This document shows positions 21,612-31,184 of a DNA stretch of 64,000 nucleotides, in pieces. The DNA comes from Pedobacter sp. Its GTDB lineage: Bacteria; Desulfobacterota; Desulfuromonadia; Desulfuromonadales; Syntrophotaleaceae. The stretch covers positions 1,352,679-1,416,678 of the forward strand of contig JBFWJC010000001.1 in the NCBI GenBank assembly GCA_050253415.1, in the 5' to 3' direction. The notes under the pieces are model-generated. The model saw nothing but the letters and a program-made list of their open reading frames with translations, searched no databases and was not told the origin of the DNA. Position numbers and translations under genes: made by a program. Within the stretch, counting starts at the first letter, position 1, and each line of letters opens with the position of its first letter.

Positions 21612-21825
21612 GTCAACTTTATGCTGGGTTCTAACGATTATTAATTCGCTACATTTGATATGAATATTTAATCTTCCTCTCAGGCGATGTGGCCTCTCCG
21701 GGTGGGGTGCATCGCCAACATTTTCCCTTGGTTTCCTTGGATTAAGAAAGATTCTCTGGGTAGATATCGATTTGTTGAAAGAATAAACAAGTTTTTTTAA
21801 TATACTTAAATGATTGCAAAAATTA

Positions 21826-21835
21826 AATAGCCAAA
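21826..21835 (+). promoter_or_regulatory. Regulon operator upstream of mmsA1
   Basis: AATAGCCAAA in an AT-rich promoter region. Confidence 0.65.
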
Positions 21836-21910
21836 CGTTACAAAAATAAAAACTTCAATGACTTGATTGTTTACACGGTTAACGTTGTCTGGGGGCAACC
21901 TCCCCCATCT

Positions 21911-21957
21911 CACCGCCCTGCACTGAACCTCCTAGACAGTGCGGGGCGGTGTTTTTT
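21911..21957 (+). terminator. Intrinsic terminator inside the mmsA1 leader (attenuator or sRNA end)
   Basis: 15-bp stem CACCGCCCTGCACTG/CAGTGCGGGGCGGTG, loop AACCTCCTAGA, then T6. Confidence 0.75.
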
Positions 21958-22061
21958 ACACATTGATTTTGGTCGTGACCGGTGCGTTGTGGTTTTTTTC
22001 AGTGGCCCTAAAAGAGGGAGCTTAACAATAGAATTCACCCCGAAACCGAAAGGAGCCAAGC

Positions 22062-23561
22062 ATGACTAAGATTTTGCACCATTATCTTAATGGCCAGCGT
22101 GTCGCAGGTACTAGTGGCAGGTTTAGCGATGTCATCAATCCGGCATCCGGAGATGTGATTGCACAAGTTCCTTTGGCTTCTGCCGATGAAACAGCTTCAG
22201 CGATAGTCGCAGCGGCAGAGGCCTTTCCTGCTTGGCGCGATACCCCGCCACTTCGTCGCGCCCGCGTGTTATTTCGATTTATCGAATTGTTGAATCAGAA
22301 CATGGACGAGCTTGCATCGCTGATTTCGGAAGAGCATGGGAAAGTTTTCGACGATGCCATCGGAGATGTCACCCGTGGTATGGAGGTTGCGGAATTTGCC
22401 TGTGGAGCACCGCATTTGCTGAAGGGCCATTTTTCTGAAAATGTTGGAACCAACGTTGACAGCCATTCCATTCGACAGCCTCTGGGCGTTTGCGCAGGTA
22501 TTACTCCATTTAATTTTCCGGCGATGGTCCCTATGTGGATGTTTCCGCTCGCCATAATCTGCGGCAACACGTTTGTCTTGAAACCCTCGGAGAAAGTTCC
22601 GAGTACTGCATTGCGCATGGCCGAGTTGATGAGTGAAGCCGGGTTGCCTGCTGGTGTTTTAAATGTGGTTAACGGTGACAAGGAATCGGTCAATGTGTTG
22701 CTTGAGCATCCCCAAATTGCAGGGGTCAGTTTTGTCGGGTCTACACCGGTGGCGGAACATATTTACAAGACCGCTACGGCAAATGGAAAAAGGGCGCAAG
22801 CATTGGGTGGTGCCAAAAACCATATGGTGGTTATGCCTGATGCTGATCTCGACCAGGTAACCAATGCCCTGATGGGCGCGGCCTATGGTGCAGCCGGAGA
22901 ACGTTGCATGGCCATTTCGGTTGTTGTTGCGGTCGGTGACGAAACGGCCGACGCCTTGGTCGCGCGACTGATACCAAGGGTACAAGGACTTAAGGTCGGC
23001 GCCGGCATGTCGGTTGGGGTTGAAATGGGCCCCCTGATAAGCGCAGAGCACCTGGTAAAAGTCAAAAACTACGTGGATATTGGGGTTGCCGAGGGCGCGA
23101 CACTCATAGTGGATGGGCGCGATCTAACGGTACCTGCATCGGGAAAAGGTTTTTTTCTCGGTGGTTGTCTTTTTGATCGGGTAACCACAGATATGCGGAT
23201 TTATAAAGAAGAAATCTTCGGTCCGGTTCTGGCGGTAGTGCGGGCTCAAGATTTCAATGTCGCACTTGAGATGATCAATGCTCATGAGTATGGCAATGGC
23301 ACATCTATTTTCACCAGGGATGGAGATACCGCCCGAACTTTTGGTTCTCAGGTTCAGGCCGGTATGGTAGGCGTCAATATCCCTATTCCGGTCCCTATGG
23401 CGTATCACAGTTTCGGCGGTTGGAAGCGGTCCCTTTTCGGAGATGTGCATATGCATGGCACGGAAGGTATTAATTTTTATACCAAGCTTAAAACCATTAC
23501 ATCGAGATGGCCGACGGGTATCCGATCGGGTTCAGATTTTCATATGCCGACAATGGGGTGA
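22062..23561 (+). CDS. mmsA: CoA-acylating (methyl)malonate-semialdehyde dehydrogenase
   Basis: ITPFNFPAMVPMWMFP, LKPSEK, SFVGST, GGAKNH, GAAGERCMA, EEIFGPV, FGGWKRSLFGD. Confidence 0.96.
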   Translation: MTKILHHYLNGQRVAGTSGRFSDVINPASGDVIAQVPLASADETASAIVAAAEAFPAWRDTPPLRRARVLFRFIELLNQNMDELASLISEEHGKVFDDAIGDVTRGMEVAEFACGAPHLLKGHFSENVGTNVDSHSIRQPLGVCAGITPFNFPAMVPMWMFPLAIICGNTFVLKPSEKVPSTALRMAELMSEAGLPAGVLNVVNGDKESVNVLLEHPQIAGVSFVGSTPVAEHIYKTATANGKRAQALGGAKNHMVVMPDADLDQVTNALMGAAYGAAGERCMAISVVVAVGDETADALVARLIPRVQGLKVGAGMSVGVEMGPLISAEHLVKVKNYVDIGVAEGATLIVDGRDLTVPASGKGFFLGGCLFDRVTTDMRIYKEEIFGPVLAVVRAQDFNVALEMINAHEYGNGTSIFTRDGDTARTFGSQVQAGMVGVNIPIPVPMAYHSFGGWKRSLFGDVHMHGTEGINFYTKLKTITSRWPTGIRSGSDFHMPTMG

Positions 23562-23622
23562 AATTGAAAAAAATGTTTTTCCTGGTCGGGTGAAAAACAA
23601 AAAAGTTGCTATCTCGTATGCG

Positions 23623-23657
23623 AAAGCCCCCCTAATACAAATAGGGGGGCTTTTTTT
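23623..23657. terminator. Bidirectional terminator between mmsA1 and the porin gene
   Basis: AAAGCCCCCCTA...TAGGGGGGCTTTTTTT. Confidence 0.85.
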
Positions 23658-23682
23658 CTTCGTTGATCAGGTTTGGAAATTT

Positions 23683-24924
23683 CTACCAGACAAAGAAGGT
23701 ACCGATGCTGAATATTTCGGTATTTTGGTCTTCACCGTCAAACCAGGAGTTCTCAGTCAGCATAATTTCAGTCATGACCTTGAGATGGGGATTGATGTCG
23801 TGGTAGAGGCCGAATACCCATAGCGTCTGCTCTTCAATCTGTACCTCGGTACCGAGCAGGCGATCCGCTTTGTCCCGCGAGGTTTCATCCATATAGTTTC
23901 CGCCGTAGCTGACACCAAGTTTCGTTTTACCGAGGCGGTTGTCAAAACCGTACATCAATTGGGCAATAAAACCTTGGCTGTCTCTTTCCTTCCCTGCGGC
24001 ATCCAGCGCATCGGTATCAAGCATCAACACGGACCCGACCGCCGAATTATCAAAGCCCGATAAAACCAAGTCGAAGCCTTTATACAGGACTTGCACTCCG
24101 CCAGCAATCCCGGTTGCTTCCACGGTGCCATCGAAGCCGCTGCCGCTCGTAAAGTCCGCTTCTTGCCAGACCCCGGACACCCAGGCTTTGAGAGATCCCC
24201 CCTCAAAAGTCCCTGCATAGGATACTTCGCCTTCAACTCGCGGCAGTTTTGTCTCTTCCGCTCTTGCTGAAGGTCCAGCAATCACGCTTGGGTCATAAAG
24301 CCCTACCGCGACCTTGAAGCCGTTAAGGTCAGGGGTGGTATAGCGTACCTGGGCGTTGAATTGCGGATAAACATAGCCATAGCCGATGCGCCCCAGGGGG
24401 GTGCCGCCCCCGTCGAGAGCGCCTTGGGCACCGTAGCCCCAGACGGTCATATCTGTCAGGAGGTTCTGGCCCTGAAACTGGCTGAGTGTTTTACCTATCA
24501 GCATCTGACCAAAGTTGCCGTCGACGGTGAAAAAGATTTCGCGAAGGTCGATCTGATTGCCGAAGGAGTTCTTTGACTTGCCAATATCCTTGGAATCGTA
24601 GGTGGGGTAAAATCCGACGCGTGCAGCCATGTCAAGGCCACCCATGGTCGGGGCTTTGATATTGAAAGCAAGAATTCCGGGGACCAGGCCGATGCGTTCC
24701 CGGTAACCCTCCTGGTTGTCAACTATGGTTCCGCCACGACGAATACCCGAGCCAAAATCGGGTTTATCGTCTGCAGTTTCGTAGGCGGCAAACATGTTAA
24801 CCAGACCATCGGTGCTGAATGCCCAGCCACTATCCGTTCCGATTACAATAGCGGCATGGCTATTAGTACTAAAAACCAAAAGGCCAAAAAATAATCCGCT
24901 AAGCCAAAACCTTGAAATTTTCAT
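23683..24924 (-). CDS. Outer-membrane porin
   Basis: Signal peptide MKISRF...SHA, beta-barrel alternation, QVRYTTPDLNGFKVAVG, aromatic C-terminus (FFVW); GGAGG RBS. Confidence 0.85.
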   Translation of the reverse strand: MKISRFWLSGLFFGLLVFSTNSHAAIVIGTDSGWAFSTDGLVNMFAAYETADDKPDFGSGIRRGGTIVDNQEGYRERIGLVPGILAFNIKAPTMGGLDMAARVGFYPTYDSKDIGKSKNSFGNQIDLREIFFTVDGNFGQMLIGKTLSQFQGQNLLTDMTVWGYGAQGALDGGGTPLGRIGYGYVYPQFNAQVRYTTPDLNGFKVAVGLYDPSVIAGPSARAEETKLPRVEGEVSYAGTFEGGSLKAWVSGVWQEADFTSGSGFDGTVEATGIAGGVQVLYKGFDLVLSGFDNSAVGSVLMLDTDALDAAGKERDSQGFIAQLMYGFDNRLGKTKLGVSYGGNYMDETSRDKADRLLGTEVQIEEQTLWVFGLYHDINPHLKVMTEIMLTENSWFDGEDQNTEIFSIGTFFVW

Positions 24925-25143
24925 CTCCAACCTCCAAAGAAACGCAACTTTAAAAAACTTCAATCGGTAACTTGGATAGGGCATAAGCTGCTTGATTAAA
25001 GCTGAATTGCCATGCCCCAAGTTCCGATGCTTTCAAATCGTTTCAGTTTTGCACGCCAACCTTCTTTGATTCACAGGTGATAGTGACGAAGTTTTTTGGG
25101 GGGAAGCAAAACAGCGTTGCAGGGGGAGGTGGGTCATGCATCA

Positions 25144-25197
25144 AAAATAACGGCATCCTACTTCATAGTCAATGTATAAATTATATATTTGGCTAAT
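25144..25197 (-). promoter_or_regulatory. Operator plus promoter of the porin gene
   Basis: Minus strand: ATTAGCCAAA-15 nt-TTGACT-17 nt-TATTTT. Confidence 0.75.
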
Positions 25198-25516
25198 TTT
25201 TTAGTGCTGGAAAGGGTTCTTTTCAATTTAAAAGAGTGTATTTTCTCCTAAAAGGTATGGGATGGTTTGTAGGGCACTAAAATGTCAGTTTAAGTGACTT
25301 CCTACAGATATTCTTGGGGGGAGGGGGATAAAACTTTTTTTGGCGACCTTGGTGCCTTAGTGAAAAAAATATCTTTCCTTGGGACTGTTTGGAAGCCATG
25401 TTCGCAGTATGGGGCTTAGATCTGTTCATGTCAAAAATCGGTCAAAATTTAAACAGCGTTTGATTCTATAAAAAATATTATACAAAAAAACGTTTAAAAT
25501 CAAGCAAATATAAAAA

Positions 25517-25571
25517 AATAGCCAAAACATTCAAAAATATGGTTGAAAAGAAATTTATCTTGTCGTATATA
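25517..25571 (+). promoter_or_regulatory. Operator plus promoter upstream of dhaT
   Basis: AATAGCCAAA-16 nt-TTGAAA-17 nt-TATATA. Confidence 0.7.
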
Positions 25572-25730
25572 TTGAAAACCAAAGGCTGCTGACGTGGCAG
25601 CCTTGACAAAAGAACAGCATGATTTTTTATTTTGAAAACTCTGGCCGAGGAGTTGGAGCGTGTCCTGGCCGCAATCGATGCCGACACCGTTTGCAAAACT
25701 GGAATCAGAATTTTTTTTTTGATAAATGAA

Positions 25731-25740
25731 AATAGCCAAA
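25731..25740 (+). promoter_or_regulatory. Second operator upstream of dhaT
   Basis: AATAGCCAAA. Confidence 0.65.
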
Positions 25741-25907
25741 TATATAAATTAATTTACAGGCACTCCATGGCAGGCTTTTTCTAAATTGCAGGGTATGGGC
25801 CATAGCTGTTCGGGGGGACAGAGCGAAAAAGCGCCGGGAGTTCATGTGAAGAGGAGCCATCACCTGTGCTGGTGGCAAAACATCTACAAACAACGAAGGA
25901 GGAGAAA

Positions 25908-27059
25908 ATGGCTGACTTTTTGTGTCCCGCGGTAAACTTCATCGGTAAGGGTACTGTTGCCGAGGTTGGTCCCAGGGCTGCCATGTTTGGCACTAAAGCG
26001 CTCATCGTATGTGATGGTTTCCTTGCAAAACTCGAGGATGGTCCGGTTGCCAAAGTAAAAGACTCACTGGCCGCATCCGGGGTTAAATTCGCTATTTATG
26101 ATGGTGTTGAACCTAACCCGAAAGACACCAATGTTGCTGCCGGTCTGAAGATTTACAAAGCGGAAAAATGCGACATCATCGTGACCGTCGGTGGCGGAAG
26201 CTCCCATGACTGCGGTAAGGGCATCGGTATTGCTGCCACGCACGACGGGGACCTCTACAAAGATTATGCCGGCATCGAGATGTTGACCAACGAACTGCCT
26301 CCGATTATCGCGGTCAACACCACCGCCGGTACCGCCAGTGAAGTTACCCGCCACTGCGTTATCACCAACACCAAAGAAAAAGTTAAATTTGTTATCGTCA
26401 GTTGGCGCAACCTGCCTAAAGTTTCTATTAATGATCCTGAGTTGATGGTCGCCAAACCGGCCGGCTTGACCGCCGCTACCGGTATGGATGCTCTGACTCA
26501 CGCTGTTGAATGTTATGTGACCAAAGATGCCAATCCGGCAACCGACGCCGTGGCGATTCACGCTATCAAATTGATTGGCAAGTTCTTGCGTCGCGCCGTT
26601 GCAAATGGGGCGGATATCGAGGCTCGCGAAGGCATGGCCTATGGGTCCCTGCTGGCCGGTATGGCTTTCAACAATGCAGGCCTTGGTTACGTGCATGCCA
26701 TGGCTCATCAGTTGGGCGGCCTGCTCGATATGCCCCACGGCATCGCCAATGCTGTACTGCTGCCCCATATCGAAAGATATAACCTGATGGTTAACCCCGA
26801 GAAATTTGCCGATATCGCCGTGGCGTTGGGGGAAAATATCAATGGTCTCGGCAAGATGGAAGCTGCTGAAAAAGCCATCGACGCCATCGTTCGCTTGTCC
26901 ATGGATGTTGGGATTCCTCAGCACCTTGCTGAACTGGGCGTCAAGGAATCCGATATTCAACAGATGGCGGAAATGGCTATGCGGGACGGCAACGCCGGTA
27001 CAAATCCCCGTGTTGGTAAGCTCGCCGATATCGTCCAACTGTTCAAGAATGCCATGTAA
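25908..27059 (+). CDS. dhaT: 1,3-propanediol dehydrogenase (Fe-ADH)
   Basis: DGVEPNPKDTNV, GGGSSHDCGKGIGIAATH, VNTTAGTASEVTRHCV.TNT..KVKFVIVSWRNLP.VSINDP, as recalled for enterobacterial DhaT; AAGGAGGAG RBS. Confidence 0.93.
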   Translation: MADFLCPAVNFIGKGTVAEVGPRAAMFGTKALIVCDGFLAKLEDGPVAKVKDSLAASGVKFAIYDGVEPNPKDTNVAAGLKIYKAEKCDIIVTVGGGSSHDCGKGIGIAATHDGDLYKDYAGIEMLTNELPPIIAVNTTAGTASEVTRHCVITNTKEKVKFVIVSWRNLPKVSINDPELMVAKPAGLTAATGMDALTHAVECYVTKDANPATDAVAIHAIKLIGKFLRRAVANGADIEAREGMAYGSLLAGMAFNNAGLGYVHAMAHQLGGLLDMPHGIANAVLLPHIERYNLMVNPEKFADIAVALGENINGLGKMEAAEKAIDAIVRLSMDVGIPQHLAELGVKESDIQQMAEMAMRDGNAGTNPRVGKLADIVQLFKNAM

Positions 27060-27068
27060 TTAGCATAA

Positions 27069-27111
27069 AAAGTGGCGCCTTCGCACTTTAGCGGAGGTGC
27101 CACTTCTGTTT
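27069..27111 (+). terminator. Terminator after dhaT
   Basis: AAGTGGCGCCTTCGC/GCGGAGGTGCCACTT then CTGTTTT. Confidence 0.75.
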
Positions 27112-27161
27112 TGAGGGTGGTTGCAACGATTCTCGGATAAAGGAGCACAACGGTTGTGGGC

Positions 27162-27454
27162 ATGAACGAAAATGCGGAGCTCCTGAAAGTTTATGTTTGG
27201 AACGATGAGCGGAAGGGTGCAGGCCTCTGCATGAAGTGATCGTAGATCGGATGAAAGAGCTCGACGGTTATGGCCTGACAGTGGTGAGGGTTTACTCCCG
27301 TCCGACAGGCAATAGTCAGTCGGACGGTCAGCAGACGGTTGTGAAGGTTCTTGCCAGGCCGGATGCTATCGATCTGGTGCAACGCTTTGTCCATCAGCTC
27401 GGCAGTTCCGGGTGGATGGTCAGGGAAAAAATCGAAGCCCTTTGCGGTTTGTGA
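27162..27454 (+). pseudogene. Frameshifted DUF190 (PII-like) gene
   Basis: MNENAELLKVYVWNDERKG, frameshift near 27219, then RPLHEVIVDRMKE...GLTVVR; matches the N-terminus of 28710-29051. Confidence 0.65.
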
Positions 27455-27606
27455 AAAGCATAACCGAGCCGGGAATTGGGGAAGAGCCTGCATTCTGTGC
27501 CAGAGTAGGAACGCTGGTCGGCACAGTCGATGACAGGCTGTTTTACATGCAAAGCCCTTTTTAGGAGTAAACGCTAAACACGGACGTCATAGAGTGGAGG
27601 ATAGTT

Positions 27607-28596
27607 ATGGATGCCTGGAGTCTTAATGCCATTTTGCTGGCTTTCGGGGGCGGAATGTTCGGTGCCAGTCTCGGCGGCTTGTGGTCTTTCTGTCTCTGCG
27701 GTCTGTTGACCATGTTGGGCTGTCTGGTCGTGCTAGGCGGCGGTTCTGATTTTCTGTTGCTGCAAGTCGGTCTGGGTCCGATCTTCGGTCCCCACACCGG
27801 CGGCTTTGTGGCCGGGGTTGTTGCCTCGACCTATGCTGCCGGTTTCAAAAAAAATCATCCCTCGGGCGCGGCCAAGGATATTCTGTCGCCTCTGGTCGAT
27901 ACCTCTTGGGATGTGCTGGTGGTCGGCGGTGTCTCTGCCGTTTTTGGCCTAGTGATCGTACCTCTGCTGGGCAAAGTTCCCCTTGTCAAGGAATTCGACC
28001 TGCTGGCCCTGTCCATCTGCATCAATATCTGGTTGGCTCGTGGCCTGTTCCAGAAAGAGGCGCCCTGGGGGAACATGGAGTCGATCAGGGAGCACGGCTG
28101 GCTGAAAACCAATGGCTACGCCATTTCCTGGGTCGGCTGGATGTCGCCGCCGTCCCGCCTGCTGGCCATCGGTGCCGGCATGGGCCTGCTGTCTGGTGGG
28201 GTGGCCATGGGCTTCCGCGAGTACCTGGCGCCGCTGGCCGCGCAGGGTGTGGTGAGTGACGCCGCTGCCTTCGTGGCGCCGCTGATCTTTTGCTGGGGTT
28301 TTTCGGCCATCATGCTGACCATGCTCAATTTCGGTCAGGGCACCATCCAGAAGTCTCCGGTAACCCACTGTATGGCAATCATGGGGGCTTGGGGGTATCT
28401 GCAGACCGGCTCACTGGTGATGGCCATGATCTTTGGTATCGGTGGCGCATTTGTCGAAGAGTTGACGGCCCGCATGTTCTACAACCACGGTAGCAACCAT
28501 CTTGATCCGCCCGCTGCGGGGATTGCCCTTTCGACCTTCATAATGAATATATTGTTCAAGCCTGAATTCTTGAACCTCGGCAAGTTTTTCAATTAA
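27607..28596 (+). CDS. Polytopic membrane protein, putative permease
   Basis: Gly-rich, about ten hydrophobic segments; GLGPIFGPH, PVTH, HLDPPA motifs; GGAGG RBS. Confidence 0.85.
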   Translation: MDAWSLNAILLAFGGGMFGASLGGLWSFCLCGLLTMLGCLVVLGGGSDFLLLQVGLGPIFGPHTGGFVAGVVASTYAAGFKKNHPSGAAKDILSPLVDTSWDVLVVGGVSAVFGLVIVPLLGKVPLVKEFDLLALSICINIWLARGLFQKEAPWGNMESIREHGWLKTNGYAISWVGWMSPPSRLLAIGAGMGLLSGGVAMGFREYLAPLAAQGVVSDAAAFVAPLIFCWGFSAIMLTMLNFGQGTIQKSPVTHCMAIMGAWGYLQTGSLVMAMIFGIGGAFVEELTARMFYNHGSNHLDPPAAGIALSTFIMNILFKPEFLNLGKFFN

Positions 28597-28709
28597 TAGC
28601 TCAAGCTCCATCTTGGAAGCGTAAGGGATTGAGAAGTTTATCTGAATGCCGAGTTCGTCGTGAAATTCTGGCGACTTAAACAAATATGCGAGAGCTTAGG
28701 GGGTTCGAT

Positions 28710-29051
28710 ATGGGCAATGAAGGAAAAGGCAAGTTGTTGAGAATCTATCTCAATGAAACCAAGCGGTTGGGGGATAAGTCTCTCTACGAAGCTATTGTGG
28801 AAAAAGCCTTCAAGCACGGCTTGGCGGGGTCTATGGTTTTCCGGGGGATTGAAGGGGCCGGGTTCTGCTGCAAGACCTGCAGAACACAAATACCCAGCCT
28901 GACCATCTCCAAGTGTCAACCCATGGTAATCGAGTTCATTGATACTGAAGAAAAGATAAGTACCTTGGTCCCCATTCTCAAGAAAATGGTCACTGCCGGT
29001 GCCATGGTAACTATGGATGCCGAGGTTGTGCATAACGTTTGCGAGTCTTAG
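28710..29051 (+). CDS. DUF190 PII-like protein
   Basis: LLRIYLNE....DKSLYEAIVEKA...GLAGSMVFRGIEG...PMVIEFIDTEEKI. Confidence 0.88.
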   Translation: MGNEGKGKLLRIYLNETKRLGDKSLYEAIVEKAFKHGLAGSMVFRGIEGAGFCCKTCRTQIPSLTISKCQPMVIEFIDTEEKISTLVPILKKMVTAGAMVTMDAEVVHNVCES

Positions 29052-29207
29052 TTTTGGGGCCCCGGTGTCTAGTCTGAGGACCTTACAGGTTTTCGGCCGC
29101 CGCAACACCGGGGCCATTTTTCAAGTTAAATTCGCGCTGTTTTTTGCAGAGGCATTCAGCGCTTCGATTGGCAGGTAGGCTTGAGTATTTCGCCATAAGG
29201 AGTAATT

Positions 29208-29531
29208 ATGCGTTTGTTGGCTAAGTTTTTCCCCGAATTTGCGGAATTGCTGGACAAGACCGACGAGTTGTACCAGCAAAAGCGTTTCATTGACGAAAAA
29301 ACCTATCAGTACATCTGTTTCGCCGTGTCCATCAAGGCCCGCTCGAAACCTTGCGTACTGAAACATTTCAAGGGTGCACTGGATGCCGGTGCTACGGTTC
29401 AGGAGTTGGCCTATATCCTGGCCCTAGTGATGCGCGAAGCGTCCGGCGCCGATGACTGCTGGACCCATGATGTGCTGGAGGACTGGGATGAGATCGTTGC
29501 CGGCAATATTGCCTGTGGATGCCCCGCATAA
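29208..29531 (+). CDS. Carboxymuconolactone decarboxylase/AhpD-like protein
   Basis: IDEKTYQYICFAVSI...CVLKHFKGALDAGATVQEL; AAGGAG RBS. Confidence 0.85.
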   Translation: MRLLAKFFPEFAELLDKTDELYQQKRFIDEKTYQYICFAVSIKARSKPCVLKHFKGALDAGATVQELAYILALVMREASGADDCWTHDVLEDWDEIVAGNIACGCPA

Positions 29532-29725
29532 GGGTGGCTGAGGTTATATTTGATAAGACGGAGTTATGAACAGGGGGGGGCAATACAGATGTCCTCCCTG
29601 TTCGCATTTGCAAAGGGTAAAAATGCTGGGCCGTGTCCCCAAAATACACCATAGGGTTCTAAGGGCGGTAAATTTGATTGATAAAAACCTAGGTAATTTC
29701 AGACAGATTCAGTTCAGCAAAAATA

Positions 29726-29779
29726 AATAGCCATATATTTGTAATTTTGCTTGACCTGCCATTGTTGTTATTGTAAAAA
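29726..29779 (+). promoter_or_regulatory. Operator plus promoter of the Fe-ADH2/mmsA2 unit
   Basis: AATAGCCATA-15 nt-TTGACC-17 nt-TAAAAA. Confidence 0.7.
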
Positions 29780-29881
29780 TTAACACAAGAGAAAGACCTA
29801 TTCGGGTCTCAGGTTTTTATAGTGTTGCACAGCTGGCCGTTCCGGGAGGGCCAGATAGACACAGAACAAGGAGGCACAACC

Positions 29882-31045
29882 ATGATTCCATCCCGTCCGT
29901 TTCGTACGCCAGCCACCATTCATTTCGGCGAAGAGGCTGCTGCCAATTCCGGGCCGGAGGCCAAGCGTCTTGGGGCGCGCAAAGCCCTGTTGATGACCGA
30001 TAAGGTACTGGCTGAAGTCGGCGCCATCGATCCGGTGGTCAAGTCTCTACAGGGTAACGGTGTTGAGGTCGTCGTATTTGACGGCGTGAACTCCGAGCCT
30101 GATCTGTCCCATGTCGAAACCGGCTTGCAGATGCTCAAGGAAGAGCAGTGCGATTGCATTGTAGCTTGCGGTGGCGGCAGTCCCATCGATGCGGCCAAGG
30201 CCGTTAGCATTATGGCAACCAACTCTGGCAATATCGAAGATTACATGGGGTTGGACAAGTTCACCGTGCCTGGAGTGCCGCTGATGGCCGTACCGACCAC
30301 CGCCGGTACCGGTAGCGAAGCTACCATGTTCACCATCATCACCGACACCAGTCGGGATGTTAAGATGCTGATCGGCAGCCCGTTTCTCATGCCGAAGATC
30401 GCCATCGTCGATCCTCTGTTGACCTTGGATCTGCCGCGGAAACTGACCGCCGCCACTGGGCTGGATGCTCTGACCCATGCTATTGAAGCTTATGTCTCGG
30501 TCAAGGCCCAGCCGATGACCGATGTGCTGGCTCTTTCCGCCATCAAGCTGATCAGCGAGAATTTGCTCCTGGCATGGGGTGATCCACGGAATCGCGAGGC
30601 GCGGGCCAGCACCATGTTGGGCTCGTTGCAGGCCGGAATCGCCTTTTCCAATGCCTCCGTAGCCCTGGTGCACGGCATGTCTCGTCCGATCGGCGCTAAT
30701 TTCCACGTGCCCCACGGTGTTTCCAACGCCTGTCTGCTGGGTGTCGTCATGGACTATTCGCTTGAGGGAAATCCCCAGCGTTATGCCGATATTGCCCGGG
30801 CCATGGGGGTCGAAAACGGTTGTCAGAACACTATGGGTGTCGCCAAAGTTGGCGCCGAAAAGGTTAAGAATTTGATCAGAATGCTGGAAGTGCCGACCCT
30901 GAGCCAGTTGGGCGTTACCGTCGAGAAGCTGGAGCCGGTGGTTGAGAAAATGGCCGAGGACGCCATCGCCAGCGGCAGCCCCGGTAACAATCCGCGCAAA
31001 CCGTCCAAGGAGGAAATTGTCGAGCTTTATCGGGCAGCGCTTTAA
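29882..31045 (+). CDS. Iron-containing alcohol dehydrogenase (candidate 3-hydroxypropionate dehydrogenase)
   Basis: GGGSPIDAAKA, PTTAGTGSE, GLDALTHAIE, HGMSRPIGA.FHVPHG; substrate inferred from the adjacent mmsA2. Confidence 0.92.
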   Translation: MIPSRPFRTPATIHFGEEAAANSGPEAKRLGARKALLMTDKVLAEVGAIDPVVKSLQGNGVEVVVFDGVNSEPDLSHVETGLQMLKEEQCDCIVACGGGSPIDAAKAVSIMATNSGNIEDYMGLDKFTVPGVPLMAVPTTAGTGSEATMFTIITDTSRDVKMLIGSPFLMPKIAIVDPLLTLDLPRKLTAATGLDALTHAIEAYVSVKAQPMTDVLALSAIKLISENLLLAWGDPRNREARASTMLGSLQAGIAFSNASVALVHGMSRPIGANFHVPHGVSNACLLGVVMDYSLEGNPQRYADIARAMGVENGCQNTMGVAKVGAEKVKNLIRMLEVPTLSQLGVTVEKLEPVVEKMAEDAIASGSPGNNPRKPSKEEIVELYRAAL

Positions 31046-31070
31046 TTATGATGATTTTTTAACTAAATAA

Positions 31071-31080
31071 AATAGCCAAA
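31071..31080 (+). promoter_or_regulatory. Regulon operator upstream of mmsA2
   Basis: AATAGCCAAA. Confidence 0.65.
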
Positions 31081-31184
31081 CAGTTGAATGTATGGGTGCC
31101 GACAGCTGTTGTCGGCAACAACTATCTGAATGTCTCTCGTGACAACGAGAAGGCTGAATCCAGAAATTTGAAGGGAGAAATACC

